A stretch of 64,000 nucleotides of DNA from Thermoanaerobaculia bacterium (GCA_035536455.1 DATLOC010000010.1:65544-129543); one strand, 5' to 3'; shown: positions 10,989 to 20,286, counted from the first letter of the stretch. Program-made: numbers and translations. Notes: generated from the letters alone by a model not told the origin.

Positions 10989-11258
10989 ATGAACAACCTG
11001 GCCGCCGTCGTGCGAGACCGAGGGCGCCTCGCGGAGGCCGAAGCCCTGTACCTCCAGGTCCTCGCGCGCCGGCGCCGCACGCTGGGCGAACAACACATCG
11101 ACACGCTCACCACGATGACCGAACTGGCAGGCGTCTATCGGGCGCAAGGTCGCCTACAAGAAGCGGAGGGACTGGAGAGCCAGGCTCTCACGCTCTATCA
11201 GCAGGCGCACCCTCCACCGCCTTCACCGCGAAGTGCTCCAGCAGATAGCGATGGATGA
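10989..11258 (+). CDS. Terminal TPR repeat fragment of the same disrupted STAND-TPR gene
   Basis: Read-through in this frame from about 10897 gives GRLKAAEGLYRRTLARFRRGLGEEHPETIWSMNNLAAVVRDRGRLAEAEALYLQVLARRRRTLGEQHIDTL..., which are canonical repeats. The 3' end overlaps the convergent gene. Confidence 0.55.
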   Translation: MNNLAAVVRDRGRLAEAEALYLQVLARRRRTLGEQHIDTLTTMTELAGVYRAQGRLQEAEGLESQALTLYQQAHPPPPSPRSAPADSDG

Positions 11259-12762
11259 ACATGTAGCCGCCGCCCACCTTCTGCAGGAAACCGAGATCCT
11301 CGGCGGCGTAGTCGAGGAAGTCGGAGAGCCGCAGCGGCAGGAGGCGCTTGGCCGACAGGATCAGGCGGAGGACCCAGTGGTAGATCACGTCGGCGCCGCC
11401 GTACCAGAGACCGGCGTAGAGGCCCGCGGCGAGCGCCGCGAGGATTCCGAAAAGAGTGCCGTAGAGCGGCCCGAGAGCCGGACCCACTCCCGCCTGAGAG
11501 CTCACCCAGCGCCCGAGTGCGTACCCGCCGGCGGCGCCGGCGAAGCCGAAGGCCAGGCCCACGAGGCCGCCGCCCACGAAGGCGTTGCGCAGCGACAGCC
11601 GGATGCCCTGGTTGGGCACGGTCTTGAGCGCCACGACCCGGCTCTGGAGCCCGTTGAAGATGGTCCCGGCGAGCGCGCCCACGAGGGCCGCCGCCAGCCA
11701 CACGAACCAGGGGAGGCCGAGCGAGGTCGAGAACGTGCCCGTGGCGCCGCCGAGAAGCGCGAGGCCGCCCAGCAAGGCGCTGCACACCAGCCCGCAACCC
11801 AGACCGGCGGTCCCGCCGCGGCGGAGCGCCTTCCCGACGCCGGCTCGGGCCCAGAGATTGACCGCGGCCCCGAGGACGGCGCCCACCACGGCGAGCAGCA
11901 GCATGAGGAACAACCACAGCATCAGGTACGGCCCAGCTTTCAGGAGCAGGGCGGTTCCCAACCCGGCGATCAGCCCGATCAGGGCTCCTTTGCCGACGCC
12001 GACCCATGACCACCTCAGGGTCTCCACCGTCTGGATCTCCCGCGTCCCGCTCTGGCGCGCGGCCCTCGTCCCCCAGAGCGGCGCGGCCACCACAGCGAAG
12101 GTCGGGCCGATGAAGAACGCGGCCAGCACCCCCACGAACGGCCCAATCGCCGCGTCGCCGCCTTCGTCGATCAGGCCGAAGACGGTGAAAAGGCCCCCGG
12201 CGACGACCACGGTGACGAGGGAGCAGAACAGCGTCAGGGCCACGAAGTAGAGGGCCGAGAAGGCGAGACGCCGCCATCGCGCCGGGGCCTCGTCGGCCAT
12301 CCTCCAGAAGCGGCCGGCGCGAAGCCGCCACAGCTCGAGCACGGCACCGCTCGGGCTCACAACCAGGCCGGCGAGCAGCCCGAGGACGAGGGTGCCAACC
12401 GCCGCCATCGCGATAACTTCCACCAGCCCCTCCTCGACCACGGTCACCACCGAGGTCCCCGAGCTGGTTAGGAAGTCGATGATCGACCCACTGCCGTCCT
12501 CCATCGTTCCGGCCTGGAACAGGAGGAGGATGGCGCTCGGTCCGATGATGGCGGCCCAGAGCACCCCCAAGAGCACGCCCACCGCCAGCCGCGAGGCCAG
12601 GAGGTAGAGGGCGAGCTGTCCGCGCCCCGAGAGCCAGCTCGGCTGGAGCTGCTCGATCAGGAAAACCGTCTGCCCGTGCTGCTGCATGCCCCTGGCGAGC
12701 CAGGCCAGCCAGGCGGTGGCTTGGCGTTCGCTATACGGCGGCTTGCCCTTCCGCTCAGGCAT
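11188..12762 (-). CDS. C-terminal part of a NACHT NTPase: winged-helix motifs flank an inserted multi-pass (about 8-10 TM) membrane domain
   Basis: N-terminus PYSERQATAWLAWLARGMQQHGQTVFLIEQL matches the NACHT helical/WH region. About 380 aa of hydrophobic helices follow. The C-terminus ...DFLDYAAEDLGFLQKVGGGYMFIHRYLLEHFA matches the NACHT terminal FxHxxxQEYxA-type motif. The start ATG overlaps the upstream ORF's stop (ATGCCTGA). Confidence 0.7.
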   Translation of the reverse strand: MPERKGKPPYSERQATAWLAWLARGMQQHGQTVFLIEQLQPSWLSGRGQLALYLLASRLAVGVLLGVLWAAIIGPSAILLLFQAGTMEDGSGSIIDFLTSSGTSVVTVVEEGLVEVIAMAAVGTLVLGLLAGLVVSPSGAVLELWRLRAGRFWRMADEAPARWRRLAFSALYFVALTLFCSLVTVVVAGGLFTVFGLIDEGGDAAIGPFVGVLAAFFIGPTFAVVAAPLWGTRAARQSGTREIQTVETLRWSWVGVGKGALIGLIAGLGTALLLKAGPYLMLWLFLMLLLAVVGAVLGAAVNLWARAGVGKALRRGGTAGLGCGLVCSALLGGLALLGGATGTFSTSLGLPWFVWLAAALVGALAGTIFNGLQSRVVALKTVPNQGIRLSLRNAFVGGGLVGLAFGFAGAAGGYALGRWVSSQAGVGPALGPLYGTLFGILAALAAGLYAGLWYGGADVIYHWVLRLILSAKRLLPLRLSDFLDYAAEDLGFLQKVGGGYMFIHRYLLEHFAVKAVEGAPADRA

Positions 12763-14893
12763 GCGCGCCCGCTTCCGCCCGGCGGAACATGCGGGCGACG
12801 AAAGCCTCCATCAGTTTCTGGCGCCGGGCGGCGAGGGTCTCCGCGCCGGCGCTCTCGAGGGTCGTCACGGGCAGATCCTGGTAGGCCTGGACCATCAAGC
12901 TCAGCATCAGGGGCGAGCGGGCCTCGATGAGCATCCCGGAATCGCGTTCCAAGAGGCTCTTGAGGGCCGCCAGCGGGGGGCCCGCCCGCTCCAGGAAGGC
13001 GAAGACCTGATCGCGCGTGAACGGCTGGAGGCGGATGGCGCCGTTCAGGGCGAGGCGCACCGGCAGCTCCAGGTACTCTTTGAGGCGGCAGCAGACCGCG
13101 ATGCTCGGCTGCAGGCCGGCCTCGGTAAATGCGTTGACCGCCTCGACACAGGCGCTCCGGGCCTCCGGCGCCACCTCGTCGAGACCGTCGAGCAACGGCA
13201 GCAGCCGGCCCTCGTCGAGCCAGGCACGGCCCACCCTCTTCGGGATCAGGTAGCGGACCGCCAGCCGGTCCACCAGCCAGTCGCCGAAGTCCTGTCCAGG
13301 GCCCTTCCACGAGGCGAGGTCGAAAAGGACCGGCACGGGGCAGGCGGGATCTTTCTCGGCCCGGTCGAGGAGGTCCCGAGCCAGCTCCAGGAGGCTGATC
13401 GTCTTGCCTGACCCGGGCTCGCCGAGAACGAGCAGCGAGCCGCCCAGCTCTTCGAAGACCTCGGCGACGCGCCGCCCGGCGGGCACTGCCGCGGCGCCCG
13501 CGTCCGCGGTGTCCGACACCGCGCCGAAGGGGCTCGCCGTCGCCCCCCCCACGATCTCCATCCCCAGGTCCAAGCGGGCGCTGCGCTGGAGCGAGCGCTC
13601 GAGCACCCCTTCGATCCAGAACTGGCGCACTTTGCGCAGCAGGATCAGCAGACCCTTGCGGGCATCGGGGGCGGCCACGGCCGGCGCCGGAGAAGGCCGC
13701 GCCGGGGCCGCCGGCGGCGGCGCGGAGGCCGGCGCCGCGCGGAACAGGGCCCCCGCGACGTCGACGCGGAACAGCGTGCCGTCGCGGGCGCGCAGGTGCA
13801 GCACCGGCGTGCCCCACTCGACGTTGTCTCCGAGGGCCATCTTGATCGCTTGGCGGGCCTCCGAAACCGCCGTGTCCACGGCGTCGCCGTCGGCCAGGGA
13901 GTCGTAGAACGTCCGGGCGAACTCGATGGCCGCGCGGTCGCTGATCTCGTACTGCATCGAGACCACCGCGGGGAGCCCTCGGCTCGCCAGGATCGCCCCG
14001 GCGCTCGAGCAGAGGCTCGTCTCGCTGCTGCGGGCACCTTCGCAAGCGTTGAGGACCGCGAGCTTGAGCGACGCATGGTCGGCCAGCAGCGTCCCCAAAT
14101 CGCGGGCCGGAAGCCGGTGAGGCTCCCCGCCGCCGCCCGCCTCCGCGTCGAGCAGCACCAGCCCCTCGCCCGTCGCTTCGTCGAAGCCGCCGTGGCCGAT
14201 GAAATGAAAGATGTGCCAGGGCCCTTGCTCCAGGGCCTCGCTCAGGTCCCGCCAGGTATGGCCGCCGACCCACTGGAGCCGTACCACGCCCTTGTCCGTC
14301 AGGTGCTCGATGGCGAGCGCCATCTGCTCCTGCTCGCGCGCCACGTTCAGACCGTGCCGCGCGCCCACCATGCCGAGGATCCGGATCGGCGGCTCCAGGG
14401 TCAGCGGCTCGATCGGCAGCCCCAACTCGAGGTGGCGCACGATGGGAGTCTCGCGCGAGAGGCTCAGGTAGTCCTGCTTGAAGTCCGGATCGAAGAGGTA
14501 CTCCCAGGGCAGGGCGGCGAGGTCGGGGGCCTCGATGCGCAGCCGGAGCCGCAGGCCCTTGCCCTGGCCGCGGGCCTGCACGAGGCTGGTGTGGTAGCAG
14601 GCGTAGAGGGCCTTCTCGCGGGTGAGAGCGGCGAAGAGGTCGCGGCCCAGCTCCTGGGCGCTCCGCATCCGGTCGAGCGGCGCCTCTTCCGGCCGCGTCG
14701 GGGCGAAGCTGCGGCCCGCTCTGCCGGCGCCACGGGCGGCCTCCACCAGGCGCAGGCGGTCGCGGAAGATCGGGTCGGAAAGCGTCAGCTCGAGGGTGGC
14801 GTTCGTCTCCCCCGCCGGCGAGTCCAGGACGGAGACGGCGTAGACGCCCTCGCCGCGAGGGCTGATCTTCAGCTCGAGCTCCAGGTACTCCAT
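12755..14893 (-). CDS. CHAT-domain peptidase fused to a NACHT NTPase. N-terminal part of a split NLR-like gene.
   Basis: CHAT motifs (LPWEYLFD..., HIFHFIGHGG, LAVLNACEGA). NACHT Walker A LVLGEPGSGKTIS, Walker B LLPLLDGLDEV, sensor IAVCCRL, and ARSPLMLSLMVQAY. Start taken at the ATG at 14893, 8 bp after the caspase gene's stop. The ORF-track extension to 15670 is read-through. Confidence 0.8.
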   Translation of the reverse strand: MEYLELELKISPRGEGVYAVSVLDSPAGETNATLELTLSDPIFRDRLRLVEAARGAGRAGRSFAPTRPEEAPLDRMRSAQELGRDLFAALTREKALYACYHTSLVQARGQGKGLRLRLRIEAPDLAALPWEYLFDPDFKQDYLSLSRETPIVRHLELGLPIEPLTLEPPIRILGMVGARHGLNVAREQEQMALAIEHLTDKGVVRLQWVGGHTWRDLSEALEQGPWHIFHFIGHGGFDEATGEGLVLLDAEAGGGGEPHRLPARDLGTLLADHASLKLAVLNACEGARSSETSLCSSAGAILASRGLPAVVSMQYEISDRAAIEFARTFYDSLADGDAVDTAVSEARQAIKMALGDNVEWGTPVLHLRARDGTLFRVDVAGALFRAAPASAPPPAAPARPSPAPAVAAPDARKGLLILLRKVRQFWIEGVLERSLQRSARLDLGMEIVGGATASPFGAVSDTADAGAAAVPAGRRVAEVFEELGGSLLVLGEPGSGKTISLLELARDLLDRAEKDPACPVPVLFDLASWKGPGQDFGDWLVDRLAVRYLIPKRVGRAWLDEGRLLPLLDGLDEVAPEARSACVEAVNAFTEAGLQPSIAVCCRLKEYLELPVRLALNGAIRLQPFTRDQVFAFLERAGPPLAALKSLLERDSGMLIEARSPLMLSLMVQAYQDLPVTTLESAGAETLAARRQKLMEAFVARMFRRAEAGAHA

Positions 14894-14901
14894 GCCGGGC
14901 G

Positions 14902-16956
14902 TTACCGCCGCACCCCGATCGCCACCGTGGCCGTCGCCCAGTCGCGCTCCGGCACGTCCTCGACCCTCGGCGGGGCGAAGCTGCGCGACCCCTCCCCCGA
15001 CTGGTAGAGGGCGGCCACCCGCTCGAGCGGGTTCTCGCCCCAGACGGCACGGGTCGCCTCCTGTTCCAGGAACCCGAAGTCGACGGGAGCGCGGGTGACC
15101 AGGAGCTTCAGGTGGACGAGCCCGAGGTCCGCGATCTCGCCGGGCTCGGCCGCCCAGGGGAAACCGGCGGGCAGGTGCAGGGGCAGGCCCCCGGCGAGCT
15201 TGAAGGAGTCGCGGCCGACCCGCGTCACCGCGCCTGGGGCCAGCTCCATCCCGCCCGCCACGTCGACGTCGCCCTGGAACGGGATGAGGAGCTGAATCCT
15301 GCCGTCGCTGCCGAACTCGACCAGACTCACGCGGACCGGGGCGTCGAAGCCGTTCTCGATCTCGAACTCCGCCGCCTCCCCCTCGCGGAAGACCGGGACG
15401 CCGTCGCCGGGCGCGGGCTCGGCGGCGATCAGCTCGTCGCCACGCTGGCGGTACGCGCGCAGCCCGACCCGCCCGCGCAGCCGGCTCGCCGGGTCGGGGT
15501 TGTCGAGCGCGAGGAGCGACCGGTAGCGGGCGACGCCGCGGAGGTCGCGGAGCAGGGCGTCGAGGTCGGCGGGCTGCGGCGGCTGCTCGGACCGCAGGTG
15601 CGCCGCGAGGCGCCCGTCGCGGCCGACCGCGGCCCAGGTCCAGGCGGCGAGCGGCCCCACGCCGGGGCACGGATCGCCGGGTCCGACGCCCGGCCGCGGC
15701 GGCAGGCAGCGGACGAGGACGTCGGCGTCGGCGGCGTCCTCGATCCGTTGCAGCAGGCGGTCGCCGTCGAGGAGGCCGGCGAGGCGGCCGGCCTCTGCGG
15801 CCCGCTCCGCCGGCACCGCGAGCGCGAGCCGCAGCCCCGGCGCGGGGAGCCGCTGCTCGGCGAGGAAGGCGCGCATCCCGGGCTCGGGCTCGCCGCCGCG
15901 TCCGGCCTCGAGCCGCCCGCGGGCGGTCGCGGCCGCGACGTCGCCGATGCGCACCGCCGCCACCTCCTCACCCGCGCTCCGGTCGCGGCTGCCGAAGGCG
16001 CGGATCGTCCACAGCGAGCCCGGCGCCACGCCGTGGGCGGCGCCGCCGGCGAGCTCCACCTCGTCTCCCGTGCGCGACAGGACCCGCAGGTAGGAGCCCG
16101 GCCGCACCTCCTCCGTACCGAACAGCAGCTCGTCCAGCTTGCCCTCGGCCTGCGGGTGCTGGCGGCCGTAACGCGCGGTGACCGCCGGCGCGACCTGCTC
16201 GATGAGATCGCGCCAGGTGACCGCCCGGTCGAGTCGCGCCAGCGCCTCGCCGAGAAAGAAGGTCAGGGCGCCATGCCGCACGACCTGGGTGCCGTCGAAG
16301 ACCCGGTGCTCGCTCGCCAGCTCGTCGGCGCGGCAGGCGGCCACCATGACCGCGCGCCGCCGCCCCGGGAGCCATCCGGCCCGGCCGGCCTCCTCAGGCG
16401 CGCTCAAGCTCCGAGTCGCCGCGAGGACGGGCGGCGGCTCGCCGCCGGCGAACATCTCCGCCGGCGCGCGCAGGTCGGCCTCCACCTCGCGCGTCGCCTC
16501 GCCGAACGCGTCGCGGGTGACCGCGCCCGAGTGGCAGCAGTCGAAGAGCAGTGTGACGTACGGGGTCTTCTCGTTGACCCGCCGCACCCAGGCGTCGATC
16601 TCCTCGTCGATCAGGTCGCGGTTGGGCTTGCTGCCGCGGCCGCTGTCGTGGGTGACCATCGACTCGATCATCCGCCCCGGGGCGCGCGGGTCGGCCATCC
16701 GCGAGCCGTGCCCCGCATAGAAGAGGACGACGACGTCCTCCTCCCCTGCCGCGGCCGCCAGCTCCTCGAGCGCCGCCAGGACGCCCGCGCGCGTCGCCTC
16801 GGAGTCGCGCAGCGCGCGCGCCTCGGCCTCCGGGAAGCCGAAGCGGTCGACGAGCAGCGAGCGCATCAGCTCCATGTCGTTGACGCACCCCTCGAGGTCC
16901 GCGCCGGCGATCTCGGGGTAGCGGTTGATCCCGATGAGCAGGGCTCGTCTCTCCAT
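14902..16956 (-). CDS. Peptidase C14 (caspase/metacaspase-family) protein with a C-terminal domain of about 400 aa and unknown function
   Basis: RALLIGINRYP...VNDMELM...VVLFYAGHGS (His) and LLFDCCHSGA (Cys). Strong SD (GGGAGGGCGCGAGG) before the ATG at 16956. First gene of a two- or three-cistron minus-strand operon. Confidence 0.85.
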   Translation of the reverse strand: MERRALLIGINRYPEIAGADLEGCVNDMELMRSLLVDRFGFPEAEARALRDSEATRAGVLAALEELAAAAGEEDVVVLFYAGHGSRMADPRAPGRMIESMVTHDSGRGSKPNRDLIDEEIDAWVRRVNEKTPYVTLLFDCCHSGAVTRDAFGEATREVEADLRAPAEMFAGGEPPPVLAATRSLSAPEEAGRAGWLPGRRRAVMVAACRADELASEHRVFDGTQVVRHGALTFFLGEALARLDRAVTWRDLIEQVAPAVTARYGRQHPQAEGKLDELLFGTEEVRPGSYLRVLSRTGDEVELAGGAAHGVAPGSLWTIRAFGSRDRSAGEEVAAVRIGDVAAATARGRLEAGRGGEPEPGMRAFLAEQRLPAPGLRLALAVPAERAAEAGRLAGLLDGDRLLQRIEDAADADVLVRCLPPRPGVGPGDPCPGVGPLAAWTWAAVGRDGRLAAHLRSEQPPQPADLDALLRDLRGVARYRSLLALDNPDPASRLRGRVGLRAYRQRGDELIAAEPAPGDGVPVFREGEAAEFEIENGFDAPVRVSLVEFGSDGRIQLLIPFQGDVDVAGGMELAPGAVTRVGRDSFKLAGGLPLHLPAGFPWAAEPGEIADLGLVHLKLLVTRAPVDFGFLEQEATRAVWGENPLERVAALYQSGEGSRSFAPPRVEDVPERDWATATVAIGVRR

Positions 16957-17174
16957 CCTCGCGCCCTCCCGCGGAGGCCCCGGCCGCTCGTTTGTCAGAG
17001 TGGTGGCAGCATAGCATTCGCCTTCCGCTATCTTTCCGACAGACGGCGCTTGAATCGCAAAAGAGCGATATCGCTCCGCGGCGACGAGAGTTGGCGCGGA
17101 GTTGACCTTCTCCACGAAGCGTGTCAGAAATGGCGCGCAAATCGGTCCACAATCGACTCAACGAAGGGGGAAGA

Positions 17175-20123
17175 ATGAAGAGCATGCTGCTTCGTCGGCA
17201 CGTGGTGGTTTTCGCCGCCTTTCTCATCCCGCTGCTCGCCGCCTCGTGCACGATCCAGCGCGCGATGGTCAAGCCCGAGGGCGCGAGCGGGGGGAAGAAG
17301 GCTCCGGCCGCGCTGGCCAACAAGATGGCGCAGGCGCAGAAGTTCGCGCCCTGGGACGAAACAAGGCTGCAGGACGCCGGCCCCGCCAGCTTCGCCGAGC
17401 AGGACTGGCTGGAGAAGAACACGGACGGCCAGGGGAACGGGCCCACTCCGCTCAGCGCTCTCAGCGGGGCGCTCGCCGGCTGGAAGGGGTTCAAGGCGCG
17501 GCCGGCCGAGGGGGGCGGGGCGTGGCAGCCGTTCGGCCCCACCAACGGCATCAACGACCTGGCCAACCCGTACCGCGACCGCTCCGTGTACAACGCGGGG
17601 ACCGAGAACTTCAGCGGCCGCACGGTCCACGCCGTGATCTCGCCGGACTGCACGGCGGGCGATTGCACCCTGTGGATCGCCAATGCCAACGGCGGCGTCT
17701 GGCGGACCGCCGACGCGCTCGCTCCAGAGCCGGCGTGGGAGTACGTCTCGTATGCCTTCGAGCAGAACAACGTCTCGTCCCTCGCGCTCGACCCCAACGA
17801 CGCCAGCCACAGGACGCTGTGGGCCGGCACCGGCGAGCCCAACGCCTGCGGCAGCGGCTGTGAGGCCGGGGTCGGCGTCTACGTGTCGACCAACGGCGGC
17901 AACTCCTGGAGCGGCCCGCTCGGCGTGGAGGCCTTCTTCGGCCGCGCCGCCGGCACGGTCGAGGTCAAGCCGGGCGACCCCAACACCATCTTCGTCGGCG
18001 CCGGCCGCGGCGTCGTGGGCGTCAGCAACACCTGCTGCGGCGGCGCCGACGCGCTAATTCCCGGCGCGCCGCACTTCGGGGTCTGGCGGTCGCAGGACCG
18101 CGGCCAGACCTGGGAGCTGGTCAACCAGGGCGACGCCGCGCTCTGCACCGCGTTCACCCCCGATCAGGTGTCCTTGAACGGCACGCCCTGCTCGCCGCGC
18201 GGCGCCCGCCGCGTGAAATTCGACCCGGTCGATCCGAACACGGTCTACGCCTCGTTCTTCGCCCGCGGCATCTGGCGCTCGAAGTCGAACGGCGATCCGG
18301 GAACCTGGGAGCAGATCATGCCGCGGCTCGGGCCCGCCACGGTCACCACCGAGCGCGCCGAGTTCGACGTCGTCGAGCTGCCGAGCGGCGAGACGCGGAT
18401 GTACGTCGGCGTCGGCGGCGGCGGCCTCTTCGCCCGCTTCCGCCGCAACGACGCGGTGCGCAACCCGGCCGCCGCCACGGTCGCGGCCTCCTGGGTGACC
18501 ACCACTAGCTCTGTCGTCAACTCGCCGGGCTACTCCAGCTTCGGCTTCTGCGACGGGCAGTGCTCCTACGACAGCTACGTGTACGTCCCGCCGGCGTCGT
18601 CGGGGGCCACGGTCGACACCGTCTACCTCTCGGGCGCCAACCAGTACAACGAGAACAACTACGCCCCCAGCACCAGCGGGCGGTCGAACGGCCGCGCCGT
18701 CCTGGTCTCCACCGACGCCGGGGCGACGTTCACCGACCTGACCGAGGACAGCCGCAGCAACACTCAGCCGGGCGCGCTGCACCCGGACCACCACGCGGTG
18801 GTGGTCAACCCGACGAACTGGATGCAGTTCTTCGACTTCGGGGACGGCGGCGTCAACCGCTCGGACGGCGTCTTCGTCGACGAGTCGGCCGACTGCGCGG
18901 CGCCGCCGAAGTCCTACACCGGCGGGAACCGCACGTTCTGCGAGCTGGTGCTGTCGCGGGTGCCGCAGGAGCTCAAGGCGATCAACAAGGGCCTGCGGAC
19001 CCTCCACTTCTACCAGGTCGAGTACGACCGGACGAACCCGGACCGGCTCGCCGGCGGCACCCAGGACAACGGCTCGTGGGAGACGCTGGGCGACAAGGAC
19101 ACCTGGGTCAACGTCAACGTCGCCGACGGCGGCCACAACGCCTTCGACGCGCCGGGGCCGGGCCACGATCCGGAGTTCGCGCTGACCTCCTTCCAGGTCG
19201 GCCAGCTCTCGGTGCGCTACAACTCGCTCGACCAGTCCGACGTCAACTGGATCTCGGACACCCTGTTCATCCTCTTCAACGAGGCCTCGCCGTTCATCAC
19301 CAGCGCGATCACCGACCCGGTGACGCCGGGCACCCTCTTCACCGGCCGCGAGCACGTGTTCCGCTCGAAGAACTGGGGCCGCGCCGTCGGGCTGACCAAG
19401 GCCAAGCACCGGCAGCACTGCAACATCTGGACCGGCGACGGCGACATCGACGAGGACGGCACCTACGAGCCGCTCACCGACCTCTGCGACGACTGGAGGG
19501 CGCTGGGCAATCAGACCGCGGCCGGCAGGCTGACCAACGCGGTCTTCGGCGACCGCGCCGGCGGGCACATCTCCACGGTGGAGCGCGCCTACAGCGACAC
19601 CAGCACGCTGTGGGCGACGACGAGCACCGGCCGCGTCTTCATCTCCAAGAACGTCGACAACGCGGACCCCACGACCGTCACCTTCACCCGGCTCGACAGC
19701 CTGGCCGCCAACGACCCGCCGCGCTACCCGACGGCGATCTTCGTCGACCGCACCAACCCGAACCACGCCTGGATCAGCTACAGCGGCTTCACCGCCAAGA
19801 CGCCGCTCACGCCGGGCCACATCTTCGAAGTGACCTACAACCCCGGGGCGGGAACGGCGACGTTCACGATGCTCGACTCGCTGGACCCGGAAAAGAACTA
19901 CCCGGACATCCCGGCCAACGCGATCGTCGTCACCAACGCGGGCTCCATCTACGTCGGCAACAGCTTCGGAGTCGCGGTGAAGAAGGCCGGCACCGACAAG
20001 TGGAAGCCCTCGCCGGCCGGTCTGCCCAACGTCAACGTGGCCGACCTGGTCTACATGCCGGAGAGGGACTCCCTCTTGGCCGGTACGCACGGCCAGGGCA
20101 TCTGGAAGCTGAAGGTGAAGTAA
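17175..20123 (+). CDS. Secreted lipoprotein with BNR/Asp-box (SxDxGxTW) beta-propeller repeats. Sialidase or GH74/Ycf48-like.
   Basis: Lipoprotein signal MKSMLLRRHVVVFAAFLIPLLAASC. A GAAGGGGGAAGA SD precedes the ATG at 17175. Repeated S-x-D/N-x-G-x-(T/S)-W motifs (VSTNGGNSWSG, SKSNGDPGTWEQ, RSQDRGQTWEL, VSTDAGATFTD). Confidence 0.8.
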   Translation: MKSMLLRRHVVVFAAFLIPLLAASCTIQRAMVKPEGASGGKKAPAALANKMAQAQKFAPWDETRLQDAGPASFAEQDWLEKNTDGQGNGPTPLSALSGALAGWKGFKARPAEGGGAWQPFGPTNGINDLANPYRDRSVYNAGTENFSGRTVHAVISPDCTAGDCTLWIANANGGVWRTADALAPEPAWEYVSYAFEQNNVSSLALDPNDASHRTLWAGTGEPNACGSGCEAGVGVYVSTNGGNSWSGPLGVEAFFGRAAGTVEVKPGDPNTIFVGAGRGVVGVSNTCCGGADALIPGAPHFGVWRSQDRGQTWELVNQGDAALCTAFTPDQVSLNGTPCSPRGARRVKFDPVDPNTVYASFFARGIWRSKSNGDPGTWEQIMPRLGPATVTTERAEFDVVELPSGETRMYVGVGGGGLFARFRRNDAVRNPAAATVAASWVTTTSSVVNSPGYSSFGFCDGQCSYDSYVYVPPASSGATVDTVYLSGANQYNENNYAPSTSGRSNGRAVLVSTDAGATFTDLTEDSRSNTQPGALHPDHHAVVVNPTNWMQFFDFGDGGVNRSDGVFVDESADCAAPPKSYTGGNRTFCELVLSRVPQELKAINKGLRTLHFYQVEYDRTNPDRLAGGTQDNGSWETLGDKDTWVNVNVADGGHNAFDAPGPGHDPEFALTSFQVGQLSVRYNSLDQSDVNWISDTLFILFNEASPFITSAITDPVTPGTLFTGREHVFRSKNWGRAVGLTKAKHRQHCNIWTGDGDIDEDGTYEPLTDLCDDWRALGNQTAAGRLTNAVFGDRAGGHISTVERAYSDTSTLWATTSTGRVFISKNVDNADPTTVTFTRLDSLAANDPPRYPTAIFVDRTNPNHAWISYSGFTAKTPLTPGHIFEVTYNPGAGTATFTMLDSLDPEKNYPDIPANAIVVTNAGSIYVGNSFGVAVKKAGTDKWKPSPAGLPNVNVADLVYMPERDSLLAGTHGQGIWKLKVK

Positions 20124-20149
20124 GCGGAGGAGGGATCCTGCGGTAGCTG

Positions 20150-20191
20150 GCGGCGGGTCGCGGCGACGCGGTCCGCCGCTTTTCTTTTTCC
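20150..20191 (+). terminator. Putative rho-independent terminator after the BNR lipoprotein gene
   Basis: GC-rich imperfect hairpin GCGGCGGGTCGCG...CGCGGTCCGCCGC followed by TTTTCTTTTTCC. Confidence 0.45.
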
Positions 20192-20286
20192 GGCGGCGAA
20201 GGGCCAACCGGGCCCGCGGCGCTGCGTCTAAGGAGAAGCAGCGCGGCCGCCGGCCCGGCGGCGCGCTCTTCAGAGGAGACGATCCG

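Noticed and set aside
12657-17178. Plus- and minus-strand long ORFs (12657..15050, 15112..17178, 16394..17842, 12686..13411, 13796..15007) overlapping the caspase/CHAT-NACHT genes
   Set aside because: Alternative-frame or antisense translations dominated by R/G/A/P. The annotated frames carry clear catalytic motifs.
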